Shown here piece by piece: positions 25,170 through 40,294 of a DNA stretch of 64,000 nucleotides; position 1 is the first letter of the stretch; every line of letters begins with the position of its first letter. The DNA lies in the NCBI GenBank assembly GCA_951406725.2, contig OX597824.1:96472001-96536000 (forward strand). Reading direction: 5' to 3'. Source of the stretch: Octopus vulgaris (lineage: Eukaryota). The translations under genes and the position numbers were made by a program. The notes beneath the pieces were generated by a model. It was not told the origin of the DNA. It saw only the letters and a program-made list of their open reading frames with translations, and searched no databases.

Positions 25170-25995
25170 GGGGTCAGAACTACCACATGTTCAACTAAAT
25201 ATAATCAATGCTCATGCAGAGAAAAATCAAGTTGTCCATTGATGAACCTCTGTATGAGTACAAATCTTGTGTATAAATGTACCGCGCACACGAGGGGAGG
25301 ACCGCATGTTTACATTGAGGCAAAGGCTGATTCATTCAAGAATCGTTATCGCAACAATGTCGCCAGCTTCATGAAAATCAACAAGGAACGTTCAGCGTTT
25401 TGTGTGGCGACTTAAGGAAGATAAAATTAAGTATAACGTAACTTGGTCCATAGTAAGGCACGCAAAACCATATAATATCATTTCCAGGAGATGCAGACTC
25501 TGCTCCGAGGTATCCCTGTCTATTCTGCATACTAATGAGAAGATCATTAATAGGATTTCTGAAAGACTCTCAAGATACTTACATGCAGGTAAATGCACTT
25601 TCACACAATGCAGTGGGAATGAATTTGAGTAACCGTTAACCTAATTAATAATAACCATTAATCTGATTAATAATTATAATTCACCTTAAGATATGGATGA
25701 ATTAAATTTAGCTCCAACCTCCCCATTCTTATAAACACCAAATAGCTATTTAATTCGCTATGTGAATATATGTGCGCCAGACCACACGTGTGCGTATGCT
25801 TATATCATGATGCATTGAATCCTCATGGGCCCCCTAACAATAAGGTAAACTTCATTGAATCAAGATCCCCTTGGCCTGAAGAGTAACCTGGGCTATGCAC
25901 CTCGCTTGGATATTTACAACTTCCGAGATTCTGCTTGCTTTGAAACATATATAGTCCGGATTTTATCTATTCCATTCCTTAACTCTTAATAATGC
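25170..25995 (+). pseudogene. Decayed PLE 3' part: Cys-rich linker, GIY-YIG endonuclease and pLTR with HHR-like motif (25873-25956)
   Basis: CSCREKSSCPLMNLCMSTNLVYKC...VYIEAKADSFKNRY, frameshift, then VWRLKEDKIKYNVTWSIVRHAKPYNIISRRCRLC...INRISE; downstream ggc-CTGAAGA...GAAACATATATA-gtc. Confidence 0.8.
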
Positions 25996-26374
25996 TAAAA
26001 CTCTAGGGGTGTTTGTGTGTACCCGAAATAGCTCAGAAATAATATATTTTATCGTAATTTTTTTGCATATTTATTTTCATGCATTTTTGTAACATTTGAA
26101 CCTCTATTTATAAATGAAAACGAGTAAACACAATTTTTTTCATGGCCTGTCAAGCTACACAAACACAAGTCCGCTATCTGTGACATATACACACACAAGT
26201 CTTCGTGCTCTCTAAGAAAAAAAAAGTCGACTTGTTGACGTACACAATATTTTAATCATTTAGAAATATTTTTAACTGAATGATTTAAAAATGTAAGTTG
26301 TTTGTACAGTAAGTATTTATATTTTAGCTTTCTTTAAACAGACAATAGTTTAATGTTTTTAAAATTATTTTCGA

Positions 26375-26673
26375 TTCGTTAATTTCTATAATTTAAAATT
26401 TTTTTTATTTATTTACTTTTGTTTTAAAGTGAAAGAGAGGAGAAAGTGAAAGGTGTACGTGCGTGTATATGAAATGGATATGTGTGTGTGAAAGAAAGAG
26501 AGATAGAGAGAGAAAGAGAAAAAGAGAGAAAGGAAGGGAGAGAGAGAAAAGAGAGAAATATAGAAAGAGAGAGAGGGAGTGAAGGGTGTGTTGTCATGTA
26601 TACGTACGTATATCAATACATATGCGTGCATCTTTTTTGTATGTACGTGTGCATGTATGTGTGTGTGTGTGTG

Positions 26674-26717
<44 letters not shown>

Positions 26718-26903
26718 TGAGTGAGTGAATGTGTGTGTTTTCATGTATGTGTAAGTGGCACTTTCTTTCTCTCTCTCTCTCTCTCTCTCTCCCTCTCTGT
26801 CACACACACACACGTCCATTTCAAATACACGTTCATTTTCTTTTCTCTTTCATTTTAAAACAAAAGTAAATAAATAAAAAAAAAATTTACGGAAATTAAC
26901 GAA
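26375..26903. mobile_element. MITE/fold-back element with long imperfect TIRs
   Basis: ttcgttaatttc...tttatttatttacttttgttttaaa...gaaatgga vs tccatttc...ttttaaaacaaaagtaaataaataaa...gaaattaacgaa; microsatellite interior. Confidence 0.65.
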
Positions 26904-27360
26904 CAAAACTAGCTGATCCGGATGAGAGTCAAAACGAAAGATCGCCCCAAGGGAAAACCATTACAAAAATTTTTCGAGTGCATTCAACGTATCTCAGCTC
27001 CAAAGTTTTGGCTGCTATTTCTAGCCCTGCTACCACGTAACAGTTATTTGCGATAAAGGACCCCAAATACCTGTTACGTGGTAGCAGGGCGTGCATGAAA
27101 TAGTAGCCAAATCTTTCCCTTTCCGGGGAAAGGAGCCGTTTACGCGTGATTTCATGTCACATTCGTTGAAAGCATGCGAAATAACCTAGAAAATAAAATA
27201 AAATCCCATGAGATAAAACTCCGTTGCTGGGAAACTTAGACTTTCCAGGTGACCCACCTGGTCACGGGTAGTCTAGTTTGGCATTAAAATTAAGTTTATC
27301 GCTGTTTATATGAAGGGTTGCTGTTGTTGTTATGAAGGTCGTTATTACTGCTGTTGTTAA

Positions 27361-27707
27361 GGCGGCGAGCTGGCAGAAACGTTAGTATGCCGGGCGAAAT
27401 GCTTAGCGGTATTTCGTCTGCCGTTACGTTCTGAGTTCAAATTCCGCCGAGGTCGACTTTGCCTTTCATCCTTTCGGGGTCGATAAATTAAGTACCAGTT
27501 ACGCACTGAGGTCGATGTAATCGACTTAAACCGTTTGTCTGTCCTTGTTTGTCCTCTCTGTGTTTAGCCCCTTGTGGGTAGTAAAGAAATAGGTATTTCG
27601 TCTGTCTTCAGCTGCGCCGAATACCAGTTGCGTACTGGGGTCGATGTAATCGATAATTCCCCATCCTCACAAATCTGAGGTCTTGTGCCTCCAGTAGAAA
27701 GGTTATT
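27361..27707 (+). mobile_element. Full-length Meta-like tRNA SINE plus a second partial 3' unit
   Basis: ggcggcgagctggcagaa head, gagttcaaattcc B box, gcctttcatcctttcggggtcgataaattaagtacc central domain. Confidence 0.9.
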
Positions 27708-28115
27708 TCTCTTGCTGTTGTTTGGCCCCAGGTCATTTCTGACCCCACCCCCTAAAAAAACCCCTATAATAATAGAGACATTCTAACCATGACTACTCCG
27801 TCTACAGACGGAATAGTCAAACTCAAAATAACCACTGTGTCATTTTCCTTTCTAAAGACCTTGGTCTCATGAGGCGGTCTCTTCTCGCAACTATGTTCAG
27901 GCCCACCATTGTTGTTATACATGTAGCTTTTGTTGTTGTTGTTGTTGTTGATGTTGTCGTTATTGTTGTGGAGGTTGTTTGTTCGTGGTTGTTACCCTTA
28001 CTGTGGGCTTCTTTCTACGTGGCCTGTGTATACGTATGTGTGCGTGTGAGCGTATCCACACACGCACGCACATACACACATACACACACACATATATGCA
28101 ATGTATGTATATATG

Positions 28116-28159
<44 letters not shown>

Positions 28160-28353
28160 CATATATATACATATATATATATACACACACACACGCATAT
28201 ATATATACGCATGTATATATATGTATATATATATATATATATATAAATATATATAAATATATATATATACATATATATATACATACATATATATATATAT
28301 ATAAATATATATAAATATATATATATACATATATATATACATATATATATATG

Positions 28354-28395
<42 letters not shown>

Positions 28396-29132
28396 CATAC
28401 ATACACACACGCTCGTATACACAAACACACGCATATAAACCCACCCCCAACAAACAAGCGAACCTTTCAACAATACCCGCCCCCAACACACACACACAAC
28501 TATATGTATATATATATATATACACATACACACACGAGTATATGTATAGATAGATGCACACACACACACACACACACCCGTACGCACACGCATATATAAA
28601 CACACACATACGCGCCCATGCTCTTATACATCGACTCTCGCTTATTGTGAAGGTTGTCTAAGGATCAGAAGAGGCGTGGGAAATTCCTGCCGTCAACAAC
28701 GCCATTTACTGATTGAGTTCTGATAGACTGCCGTTTTCAATGGAACAATAACCACACCACCTCCCCCCCACCACACTCACACCATCCTCCCTTGTTCTCT
28801 CTTTCTGTCTGTCTGTCTGTCTGTCTGTCTGTCGGTGTAATGCTAAAATACAACCTATGCTTGTTTCTGTTTCGTTATGGAACAATGTACGTACGTACGT
28901 ATGTATGTATGTATGTAAGTATATATGTATGTATATATGCATGTATGTATGTATGCATGTATGTATGTATGTATGTATGTCTTGTATGTGTGTATGTATG
29001 TAAACATGTATGTAACACAGGTATATATGTTTTGTATGTATGTAAACATGTATATATGCAAATATGTATGTATATAAGCAGGTATGTATGCATGGTATAT
29101 ACTCATATCTGTGCAGATATGTATACATAGGT

Positions 29133-29216
<84 letters not shown>

Positions 29217-29266
29217 GTTCATATATATATATCTTCACATGTAAACCTTATATATAAAAAAAAACA

Positions 29267-29324
<58 letters not shown>

Positions 29325-29328
<4 letters not shown>

Positions 29329-29645
29329 TTCAAAACTAATTGAAGGATATAATGAATAAGCGCTCTAATTGGTCAAAAGTAACTTTATAAAAGTCCCATA
29401 TTATCGGCAAATCGAACATAAATATATATATTAAAAACCTCAGGGCATCCAGTGGTAAAAGCCAATAGTATAAATATGTACGAATGCAAAAGGTGATAAA
29501 ACCTGAATGGGAAATACAAATGGAGTCGAATGAAGAAAAATATAGGAATTAAATCATAGCAGATTAAAATCGACTAAAAATTTAAGGCAATAAAAATGAA
29601 ATAAAATAAAATGAATAAAAGACAAAGCGATAACCAGAAAAAGGT
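29325..29645 (-). mobile_element. PLE pLTR fragment, same family as 19490-19810
   Basis: Shared blocks tataatgaataa, tggtaaaa, aaaaggtgataaaa, gaatgaagaaaaatata, taaccagaa; abuts (TA)n. Confidence 0.6.
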
Positions 29646-29733
29646 TTAAGTATGTATTTATAAATGTATCTGTACACACGCATATATGTGTGTGTATGCA
29701 TATATGTCTATACGTACATTACATGTGTGTGTT

Positions 29734-29774
<41 letters not shown>

Positions 29775-31089
29775 TGTGTTTGAAAGTGTTTAGGTTTTTA
29801 TAAGTGTCATGCAGAAAAGCACTCCGTCATTGAGTAACTCCCGGCGATTATGAATAATAAAAAATATAAAAATCTTTTTGGAATATTAACCCCATCTTCA
29901 AAAATAAAGACTTTTTCATATTAAGTTGACCCCGAGCGTTGTCAGCTGATTATTTTTTTAATGTCTGCGCAATAGCAGACTGGAATCAAACTAGGAACCT
30001 TCACTCCTTGGTCACAGATGCAAAAGTCAAAGAACGAATTCCTGACCTCCACTATTACGAGTAGCATTGCATCAATTGAAAGTTTATGAACTAACGAAAG
30101 TGATTTTTGTAATGTCTGAACTTTTGTCTAACCTTTTACTATTCCAAGTATTGCTTGTAGTATCACATAGTTTGTACTTCAAAATACACTGTCATAGGAA
30201 TACCTCTGGAAGTCTGAACTGTGTATTTCTTTGCATAGAGGCACGAGAAGAAGTTTTCTTTACTTGTGTTGAAGAGGCAGGTGACCACTGTCAGAGTCGG
30301 AAGTTTTTTAGTTTCACCACATAGTCGACAATATGTATTGTCTGTAATTACTTCAGAACCATGGTTTCACGGTAATATACATGAATTTTGATACTGTAAT
30401 CTTCAGCGTACATTTATCGTGATGTCGATGCAAACGACAAGATAGTGTCACATAATATGTGACATCATTGCTGCTTTGTAACTCTGAAGAAACCAAAAAT
30501 ATTGTGCCGCAATTTGTGTTTTACTCGGTTTTTCTCTTCATTATTTGCGTGGTGTGGTTCCTTCCTTAAATCTGAATTAGTACAATTTCGAATAAAGACT
30601 GAATAGAAAACTTCTGTCTAAGATATATAATGCATTGCCAGTAGAATCACATGCATCTTTCATTTACTAGATGTCCTTTGATGTTGATGAAGAAAGTTCT
30701 TTGTGCAACAGTATCTAAAAGAGCTTATGTGTAGGTATATTCGGTTCTTAAATGCGTTTATGGTTAAGACGATGTAAGTCACAGTTTTTCCATTGCAGTT
30801 ATTCATGCAATGATTGTCAAAGAGACATAGATTACAAATAATAACTGTAATTGTTGAAAAACTGTCGCATGTCTCCTGGATAATCACTGCATGCGTATTT
30901 GCATTATGCATCAGATAACTACACATGAAAAATAATAAGCTGTAGTATTGTGCCTTGCATCAAGTTAACAGAAAACTCAGGTTATGCAACGTTGAAGCAT
31001 ATTCTGAAAGCATTCCAGTAGCTTTAACTGAGTAACCTTGGTGATAAATCAAGTTGTTAGTATTCTTGATGACGCATCAAAACAGTCTC

Positions 31090-31708
31090 AGTAATAGGGA
31101 GTTGCATTGTTTTTCAAAGAGAAAACAAAACAAATGTAACATAGGAACGTGAACAAAGAAATACGAGAGCGAGATTGCTGAAAGGTGCAACGATTGGTAA
31201 GGCATCTCTTATATTTTGAAGACATATTGCCACAACGAAGCGGTATTTTTATGTTATGGCATATTTGGATTATTGGATTGAAGAAGCCCTGGAAAAGTAA
31301 TATGGAGTGGATACAAATAAGGAAAGGCTTAAAATATGAAGGACTTTGAGAATCATGTGTTTGTGGGCTAAATCTACATACAAACAAACTGTAAAGCCAG
31401 AAATGTAGTTTATTGTATAAGATGTATAGAGGGACGATGCAGTAACAAGACAACGACATACGTAGGGGAAAAGAAGCATAGGATAGCGGGTTAATGAACA
31501 TTGGAGAGAACTCAAGGAAGAACTCTGGCCGAAATAAGATTAAGATTAATGTAAAAAATAAATAACACTGAAGCGAAATAACACCAAATATATAGTGCGT
31601 GTGTTTTTATTGGCTAAACTGGCAAAATGACCATTCCGAAATACAACAATGTCTGTTTCAACACACGACTTCACATAAAAAAATCTTGCACAACAAATAT
31701 ATAAACGT
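31090..31708 (+). mobile_element. PLE fragment (linker, GIY-YIG start, pLTR end), internal deletion derivative of the 49825-50990 family
   Basis: 31385-31520 matches 49890-50031; 31518-31705 matches 50802-50990. Confidence 0.8.
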
Positions 31709-31868
31709 ATATGTGTATGTATATGTATATACATATATATATATATATATATATTTATATACATACATACGTATACATACATACTTACACACACACACAC
31801 TCACACGCACACATACACGCTCACACATATGCATATATATGTATATATATATACACACACACACAAAC

Positions 31869-31926
<58 letters not shown>

Positions 31927-31930
<4 letters not shown>

Positions 31931-32221
31931 AGTTATCCCATAAGTTGTATCCGACTTTTACCTTTTTTTAAAATTTAATGAAATTTAATAGTATTTTAGA
32001 ATGTCTAATTGAATTAAAAATATTTCTATGCATTTGCGTACATTTAAACTATTATTGGGAAAAATTCCTCATCCACCTTATTCTCCCGACCTTGCTCCTT
32101 CAGACTACGATTTGTTTCGTAGTTTACAGAATCATTTGGGGGACATAACTTTCGCAAACCAGGAGGAGGTCGAAACTGACATGTCAGAGTTCTTCGCTTT
32201 GAAACCAAAAGAGTTTTACAT
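31927..32221 (+). mobile_element. Mariner deletion derivative (TIR plus transposase C-terminus)
   Basis: KIPHPPYSPDLAPSDYDLFRSLQNHL...EFFALKPKEFY contains the mariner YSPDLAPxD motif; TIR-like end abuts (TA)n. Confidence 0.85.
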
Positions 32222-32786
32222 TGGGCGGATGTCGTCTTACAAGCAGTTGTGCAGGCAAACGTGTTAGTAAATGTGGTCGGATTGACCTGAAAAGTTGCAC
32301 ACCTATGCTAAAAGTGCTGGGGAGTTTGCACGGCAACTTTGAGTTTGCATGCATGCATGTATGTATGTATGTACGTATGTATGTATGTATGTATGTATGT
32401 ATGTATGTACGTATGTATGTATGTATGTATGTATGTATGTATGTATGTACGTATGTATGTATGTATGTATGTATGTATGTATGTATGTATGTACGTACGT
32501 ACGTATGTATGTATGTATGTATGTATGTATGTATGTATGTATGTATGTATGTATGTATGTACGTACGTACGTATGTATGTATGTATGTATGTATGTATGT
32601 ATGTATGTATGTATGTATGTATGTATGTGTTGTTTTATTCTCTCTCTTGAGTATTTATAATAGGAAACTTCTTCCATGTTTATCCAACAGTTAGAGTTTT
32701 GTGATTTCTATTAGCAAATGAAACACGTGTAAAGGTGAATAGATAAATAACGCCACAATAGTTTCTAGATTGCTGTTTTGTTATAA

Positions 32787-32865
<79 letters not shown>

Positions 32866-33170
32866 TGTATGTATGTATGTATGTATGTATTTATGTATGT
32901 ATGTATGTATGTATGTATGGGTGTATGTATGTGTGTATGTATGTATGTATGTATGTATGTATGTATAAATTTAGTGTATATAATGCAAATATGACTGCAT
33001 AATAGAAAGAAAGAAATCCAAATACGGAAAAAGGCTCTGACTACGATGCGAATAACAGTGGCGAAAGCACGAACAATTTGGGACACGGAAAACCCTTACA
33101 CACCTATGTGTATGTGTGTGTATATATGCATATACACATATGTATGTCTGAACATATCTATATACACATG

Positions 33171-33206
<36 letters not shown>

Positions 33207-33224
33207 TGTATGTATGTATGTATG

Positions 33225-33255
<31 letters not shown>

Positions 33256-33441
33256 CTATCTATATAATTTACGTACACATATGCGCATATAGATGTATGT
33301 ACACATATGTACAGAGATGTTTATGTATGTATAGGCATAAATATGTATGTATAGGCATAAATATATATATTTATACATATATATTATGTATATATGTATG
33401 CACATATATTATGCATATACATACATACATACAAACATACA

Positions 33442-33503
<62 letters not shown>

Positions 33504-33613
33504 TATATGTATATAATCGCAGTAGGACAGCCACAAAGAGGTAAAAGCTGCAATGGGCACCATCAACAACAACAGCGACAATATCAGAGCAGCAGTAGCA
33601 GCAGTAGCAGCAG

Positions 33614-33737
33614 CAGCACCACCACCGCCTTCAGCACCACCACCGCCTTCAGCACCACCACCGCCTTCAGCACCACCACCGCCTTCAGCACCACCACCGC
33701 CTTCAGCACCACCACCGCCTTCAGCACTACTACCGCC
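33614..33737. repeat. 18-bp minisatellite (cagcaccaccaccgcctt) x6 plus a partial copy
   Basis: Direct reading. Confidence 0.9.
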
Positions 33738-34035
33738 ACCTATAACAACAACAACAACAACAACAACAACTAAAGACAAAACAGGCTGAAAACAAACAAA
33801 AATGTCAATGAGAAGTGGTTAAGGCGCCATGGAGACCCCCTATTGTGCGGAGAGTGTGGATGGTGGGGGGGGGGACGATAAAGATTGGTGGTGTAGGGGT
33901 TTAGGGTAGGGAAGGGGGGTTCTGGCTAATTCCTAACACTGTTTACATATATGCATATACATAGACACACACATATATGTATACACACACACACACACAC
34001 ACATACATATATATATATAGACACACACATATGTT

Positions 34036-34066
<31 letters not shown>

Positions 34067-35183
34067 GCATACGTGCATACATACATAGAAATCGGCATTC
34101 ATACACACATGTATGTATGTACACACACACACATATATATACACATATATATATGTATATGAATATATGTATATAAATATATTTATATGTATGTATATAT
34201 ATGTATGTATGTACCTATATGTATGTGCGTGTGTGTGTATCTGTAATTACTCGTCACATCTTTATAAACATACATAATGCATATTTGCATATATGAATAT
34301 TATATATGCATACATACAAGCATGTTGACACACACGCATATACTCACACACATACACCACATACTTGCACAACTATACGCATACATAATTGTGGCGCCAT
34401 CTATATCGTTTGTCCAGACAAAAGGGACTGTTTAGCAAAATCAGGGTAAGATTTTTTCCCATAAGTTTTCCGCCCTTTATCAACCTGGCACAGCAACTGG
34501 TAGTTTTCCTCGCCAAACCTTTTCTTTTTCCACAAACACTTAGGGGTTACATTTAGGGATAAAAACATGTATTTGGTACCCGGAATTCCTGCATGAATTA
34601 CACCAGGACAATTCCACATGGCAAGTAAATATTCGTTATTAGAAATTCCTTTTATAATGGTGTTTCTCGGCCATGAGTCTTAGACCGTTAAGTATTTCAA
34701 CACCATGAAAAGGAATCTATCAATTTCTGATCATACTATATGACACAAATGAAAACGGAAGTTTATTTAGTGTTGAAACGTGTTTAAAAATTATTTTTTT
34801 TTACCTGTAGTATCGAAAAAAAGATTTACAGAAATAACTACGTGTTGAGATAAAGGTAACTTGATCTGCAGGAACACAGTTTGGCTAATTTTAATATTTA
34901 GTGATGTGAGAGGTGGAAAAAGAAATCGTTAAAGAGATGGGTTGGTGAGTTACTCTTAAAACATGTAAAACGTGAAGCAGTAATAAGTTTACAAGGAATA
35001 GGCATTTTGGCGAAGAATAAATATTTATTAAGTAATATTTTAGTCACTTTTCAAGTAAGTATAAACGACAACTCCCGATTGGTTTTGCTACATATTTTAA
35101 CCACATCAGCGAAGCATAGCCTTCAACGCACTTGGCGAAGTATTGGTGAAAGAGTCACCGCAAGAGATGAAAGCAAATATATT

Positions 35184-35287
<104 letters not shown>

Positions 35288-36423
35288 TGAGTGTGTGTGT
35301 GTGTATGCATGTATGTATACACATATATATGTATGTGTGTTCCTGTAGACAATATTGTGAGTAGACGTGAAAGATGATAGGCCTTATGTTCGAAGAACTC
35401 TTGTGAATGCGGTTATTTTTGTTGAAATCTAATGACGAGACCGGATTTATTGCAAATCGCTGAGCTATTGTTCTTGTTCTGGTTTGGTGTTAAGGGCAGC
35501 AATTTGTCGCTATCAAGAGCATTTACCTAGCCATGTTAACTGGAACTGGATATGGCCGACTGAAATGTGACCTTCGGGCGCCAGGAAATTAATCTAAAAG
35601 GAACCTCCGCCGGTAGCGGTTATTTTCCTGTTAAGAGATGCTACAGATTAACTTCAGAACGTGAATCTTTAAAGTACTCCAAAGCCTACAAATCCATGGT
35701 CCGTCCCAGTAAAGTACAGGACACTTGGCATCCTTTCACTATTCACTTTCGGAGTTATTTAATCAACATCTGGCGTTGGGAAAATGTTGGCTTTATGATC
35801 CTTAAGAGTAAAGTGCGACGTGCGTACAAAGAGGTATAGTTGCATATCACACAATAGAGTGGCTGTGAGGGTGAAGTCGGTTGTTACTGTTGAAATCCAA
35901 GAAGGCCCTTATTCAAACATCGATGATCAAAGGCATCCATCTTATAATAATCTTCTTTCGGTGTATATAAAATATTTTCTGACGTTTCGTTAATTTTTCT
36001 ACACAACAGTGTTTGATATGAATCGGATACAGTTTAGTTCTCTCTTCTGATATTCGCCGTCTTAAAAACTGATGTCAGGATGATCACGACGGCAAAAACA
36101 TAAATCTGCCAAATCGAGGCTGGATTGGATTTAAACAACAACAACTGCAGCAATGACAAGAACAACAAGAAGCAAAACGTTGCGACGAGGCTTCCTTTCT
36201 ATCTTCAGACATACAACCTTGCTAACATGAAGACGATGGGTATACGTTGTTATGCACGCATGGCTCTCTCTTTTGATTGTGTGTGTGTGTGCATGTGTGT
36301 GTGTGTGCATGTGTGTGTGTGTGTGTGTGTGTGTGTGGGCATACTTATTAATAAAGCATATAACTCTACTTCCGGTATTCGAGTACTATTTTCTCCACCT
36401 TGTTTCACATTTATGTGCTTACA

Positions 36424-36454
<31 letters not shown>

Positions 36455-36459
36455 GTGTG

Positions 36460-36513
<54 letters not shown>

Positions 36514-36726
36514 TATCTATATTATAATATTTATTTGTTTCAGTTTCTGGACTACGACCAGGCTGGAGTTACGCTCGTGAAAGGTTTAATCGAACATATT
36601 GACCCCCAGTATCTTAATACGGGTACTTACCTTATTGCTCTCTTCTTGCCTATCGTTAAAATAACACCGGCGTAAACAGACCACCAAAGATTGTCAAGTG
36701 GTAGGGGTGAGGGTATATATATATAT

Positions 36727-36935
36727 ATTTCTTTACTGCCCACAAGGGGCTAAACATAGAGGGGACAAACAAGGACAAAGGAATTACAATGACCCCAGTT
36801 GCAAAACTGGTACTTTATTTATCGACCCCGAAAGGAAGAAAGGCGAAGTCGACCTCGGCGGAATTTGAACTCAGAACATAACGACAGACGAAATACCGCT
36901 AAACATTTCGCCCGGCGCGCTAACATTTCTGCCAG
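36727..36935 (-). mobile_element. Meta-like tRNA SINE
   Basis: Reverse complement of the 27361-27597 type. Confidence 0.85.
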
Positions 36936-37086
36936 AAAAAACGAAGGCAGGTGAAGGAACAACAAAGAAGTGTATTAGTTTAACGCTGGGGACGAATGGA
37001 AAAGTCTTTGACGTTTCGAGCCTACGCCCTTCGACAGAAAGGGATGAGAGGAAAGAAAAATGGAGAGAGAGAACGAAAAAATGAAA
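36936..37086 (-). mobile_element. Solo pLTR end of the Neptune-type PLE family with HHR-like motif at 37006-37041
   Basis: Minus strand cttt-CTGTCGA-a-gggc gtag gctc-GAAACGTC-aaag; aligns with 45540-45690. Confidence 0.8.
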
Positions 37087-37140
37087 ATATGTATATATAT
37101 GTATATGTATATGTATATATATATATGCATACATACACAT

Positions 37141-37272
37141 GACGGGTTTCTTTCAGTTTTCGTCTATCCACTCCGGGGCGTTTGTAGAAGACACTCAAGA
37201 ATCCATGCAGTGGGGCTGAACCTGGAGCCATGCAGTTGGGAAACTAACTTTTTAATACACAGCCACGTGCGT
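37141..37272 (-). mobile_element. CORE-type SINE head, diverged; other partial copies at 36530-36705 and 39650-39770
   Basis: Homology to the reverse complement of 18633-18797. Confidence 0.65.
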
Positions 37273-37323
37273 ACCGAGAGGTACATACTCAAATACACAC
37301 ACACACACAGACACACGCACGCG

Positions 37324-37385
<62 letters not shown>

Positions 37386-38176
37386 CGCGTGCGTGTGTAT
37401 GTGTGTATGTGTGTATCACCCAGAATTCTAGGCCAAACTCTGCATGTTACAACCAGCAGAAGTAGGTCTCTCTGGTCTGAATTCACATTCTCTCATTGAT
37501 CTTTATTTGCACAGAAACACAGTAGTAGTAGTAGTAGTCGCGGCAGCAGCATCAGCAACAGCAGCAGTATAAGGCGAAGCGATGCAGTGGCGCCAGTGTT
37601 TGCGTTGATGGTGTAAGTGGTGGTGGTGGTGGTGGTGGTGTTAGTGATGGCGGTAGTGGCGTTTGTGTTGGTGGTGATGATAATGGTTCTATGTAGATGG
37701 CAGCAGTGGTCGTCCGCCGCTCTACGCACGCCATCGTCTGCTGCTACTGCTGCTGCTACGGCTGCTGCTGCTGCTGTGTCAACATAGTCATGTTAACCAT
37801 TTGTGTTCTTTCCAGTGTCATGATCTTGTGCCATTTCCTTTCGCTTATCCCTCTTCTCTTAGACATTCACGTAACTTGCCCCTACTTTTCCCCCTCTTTC
37901 TGTCTATCTGCCTCTCCCTCTCCTCTCTTACTCTCTCTCTCTTTCTGACTCTCTCTCAAATATGTGTGTGTGTGCGTGCATGTGTGAGCGTGCGTTTATG
38001 TTCATATATATATATATATATGAATGTATATATATATATATATAGGTTCAGTAAAAAAAAAAGGCACCATAATTTGGTATGGTATTATCCATATAAATCA
38101 AATGGGGTGATTATAATCAAAATAAGCAACAAGGATATCCAAAGGTAGTGTACACTACCTTTGGATACCCTTGTTG

Positions 38177-38242
<66 letters not shown>

Positions 38243-38342
38243 TACTTGGAAGATAAGAAACGAAACGACGCGAGGCGCTCAGTCATATAATAACAATTTA
38301 ATAAATAAAATATATGCATACATACATATATGTATATATACA

Positions 38343-38402
<60 letters not shown>

Positions 38403-38470
38403 TACAGGACACCACAAATAAACGTAGAACACAACGAGAAATGAAACCATCATCTATATGTATATATACA

Positions 38471-38506
<36 letters not shown>

Positions 38507-38574
38507 TACAGGACACCACAAATAAACGTAGAACACAACGAGAAATGAAAACATCATCTATATGTATATATACA

Positions 38575-39385
<811 letters not shown>

Positions 39386-39397
39386 TATATATATACA

Positions 39398-39481
39398 CTA
39401 GCAGTAATACCTGTCGTTGACCTGGTAATTACTTTTACTCTTTCTCGGGAGCCACATTCAAAGTATTATTATATATAGAGA
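39398..39481 (-). mobile_element. 84-bp miniature Helitron-like element
   Basis: Same termini as 42881-43263: minus strand 5'-TC-tctatata ... hairpin-like segment ... ctgCTAG-3', in an A|T site. Confidence 0.55.
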
Positions 39482-40029
39482 TTTACTCCTCCTCTATGTG
39501 TGTATTTTATAAGAGAAAAAATATGACATAATTGAAGTAGAAAGAAGATCAATTTCATACGCGAACTTCTGTTTGTTTATTATATGATAATAATAAGTGA
39601 GTTGTATGTGTTATTTTATATATCAAATACAGTAATGGCAATTATATAATACACAAGGCTTTGGTTGGAGCGGGGCTGTAAGGAAAGGGAATTGCCCAAT
39701 GTGCCGCACAGTGGGACTGAACCCGAAGCGACCTGGTTGGAAAGCAAGCTTCTCAACCACACAGCCATTCCTATAAAGGAGAGATACATTTTGGACAATA
39801 TACTCCTTGATACAATATGCTTAACAAAAAGAGGGGATGTTTACGGCGAGAAGACCTTCGATTCTAATATTTACTCGAGCAACGCAACAACTAACAACGC
39901 TGCACCATTCAGGATGTTCCAGAATTAATTATCTGTTTCAATGAAATTGAGCAAATTTTAAAAAAACTGACAAAATTTCATGATTATTACCAAAACAAAT
40001 AGATTTATAAATCTTACGTCAAACTTTTA

Positions 40030-40258
40030 TTGAAAACCTGATCTGTTTGGATTGAGAAATCCCAGAGGACTTTGCTAGACTCCGACTCTGCCACTCTCTG
40101 CCGTTTGTATTCATACCACGTCTTGCCTCTCTCTAGCCCCTACTTTTCGCACAGTTTCCAATGCAGCCCCTTCACCACTTCATCCTGTCGCCACAACTTG
40201 TAGTGGTTTGGGACAACTCTAGGACATTCGTTCGTGATATGGGCAATGATTTCATCCA

Positions 40259-40263
<5 letters not shown>
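40030..40263 (-). pseudogene. R4/Dong LINE fragment adjacent to (TAA)n
   Basis: EIIAHITNECP...WRQDEVVKGLHWKLCEK*GL...WYE...KVLWDFSIQTD. Confidence 0.75.

Positions 40264-40294
<31 letters not shown>

Noticed and set aside
33384-33789. Gly- or Pro-rich protein (GGGGAE/SAPPPP repeats)
   Set aside because: An 18-bp minisatellite among triplet repeats; no supporting exon structure.
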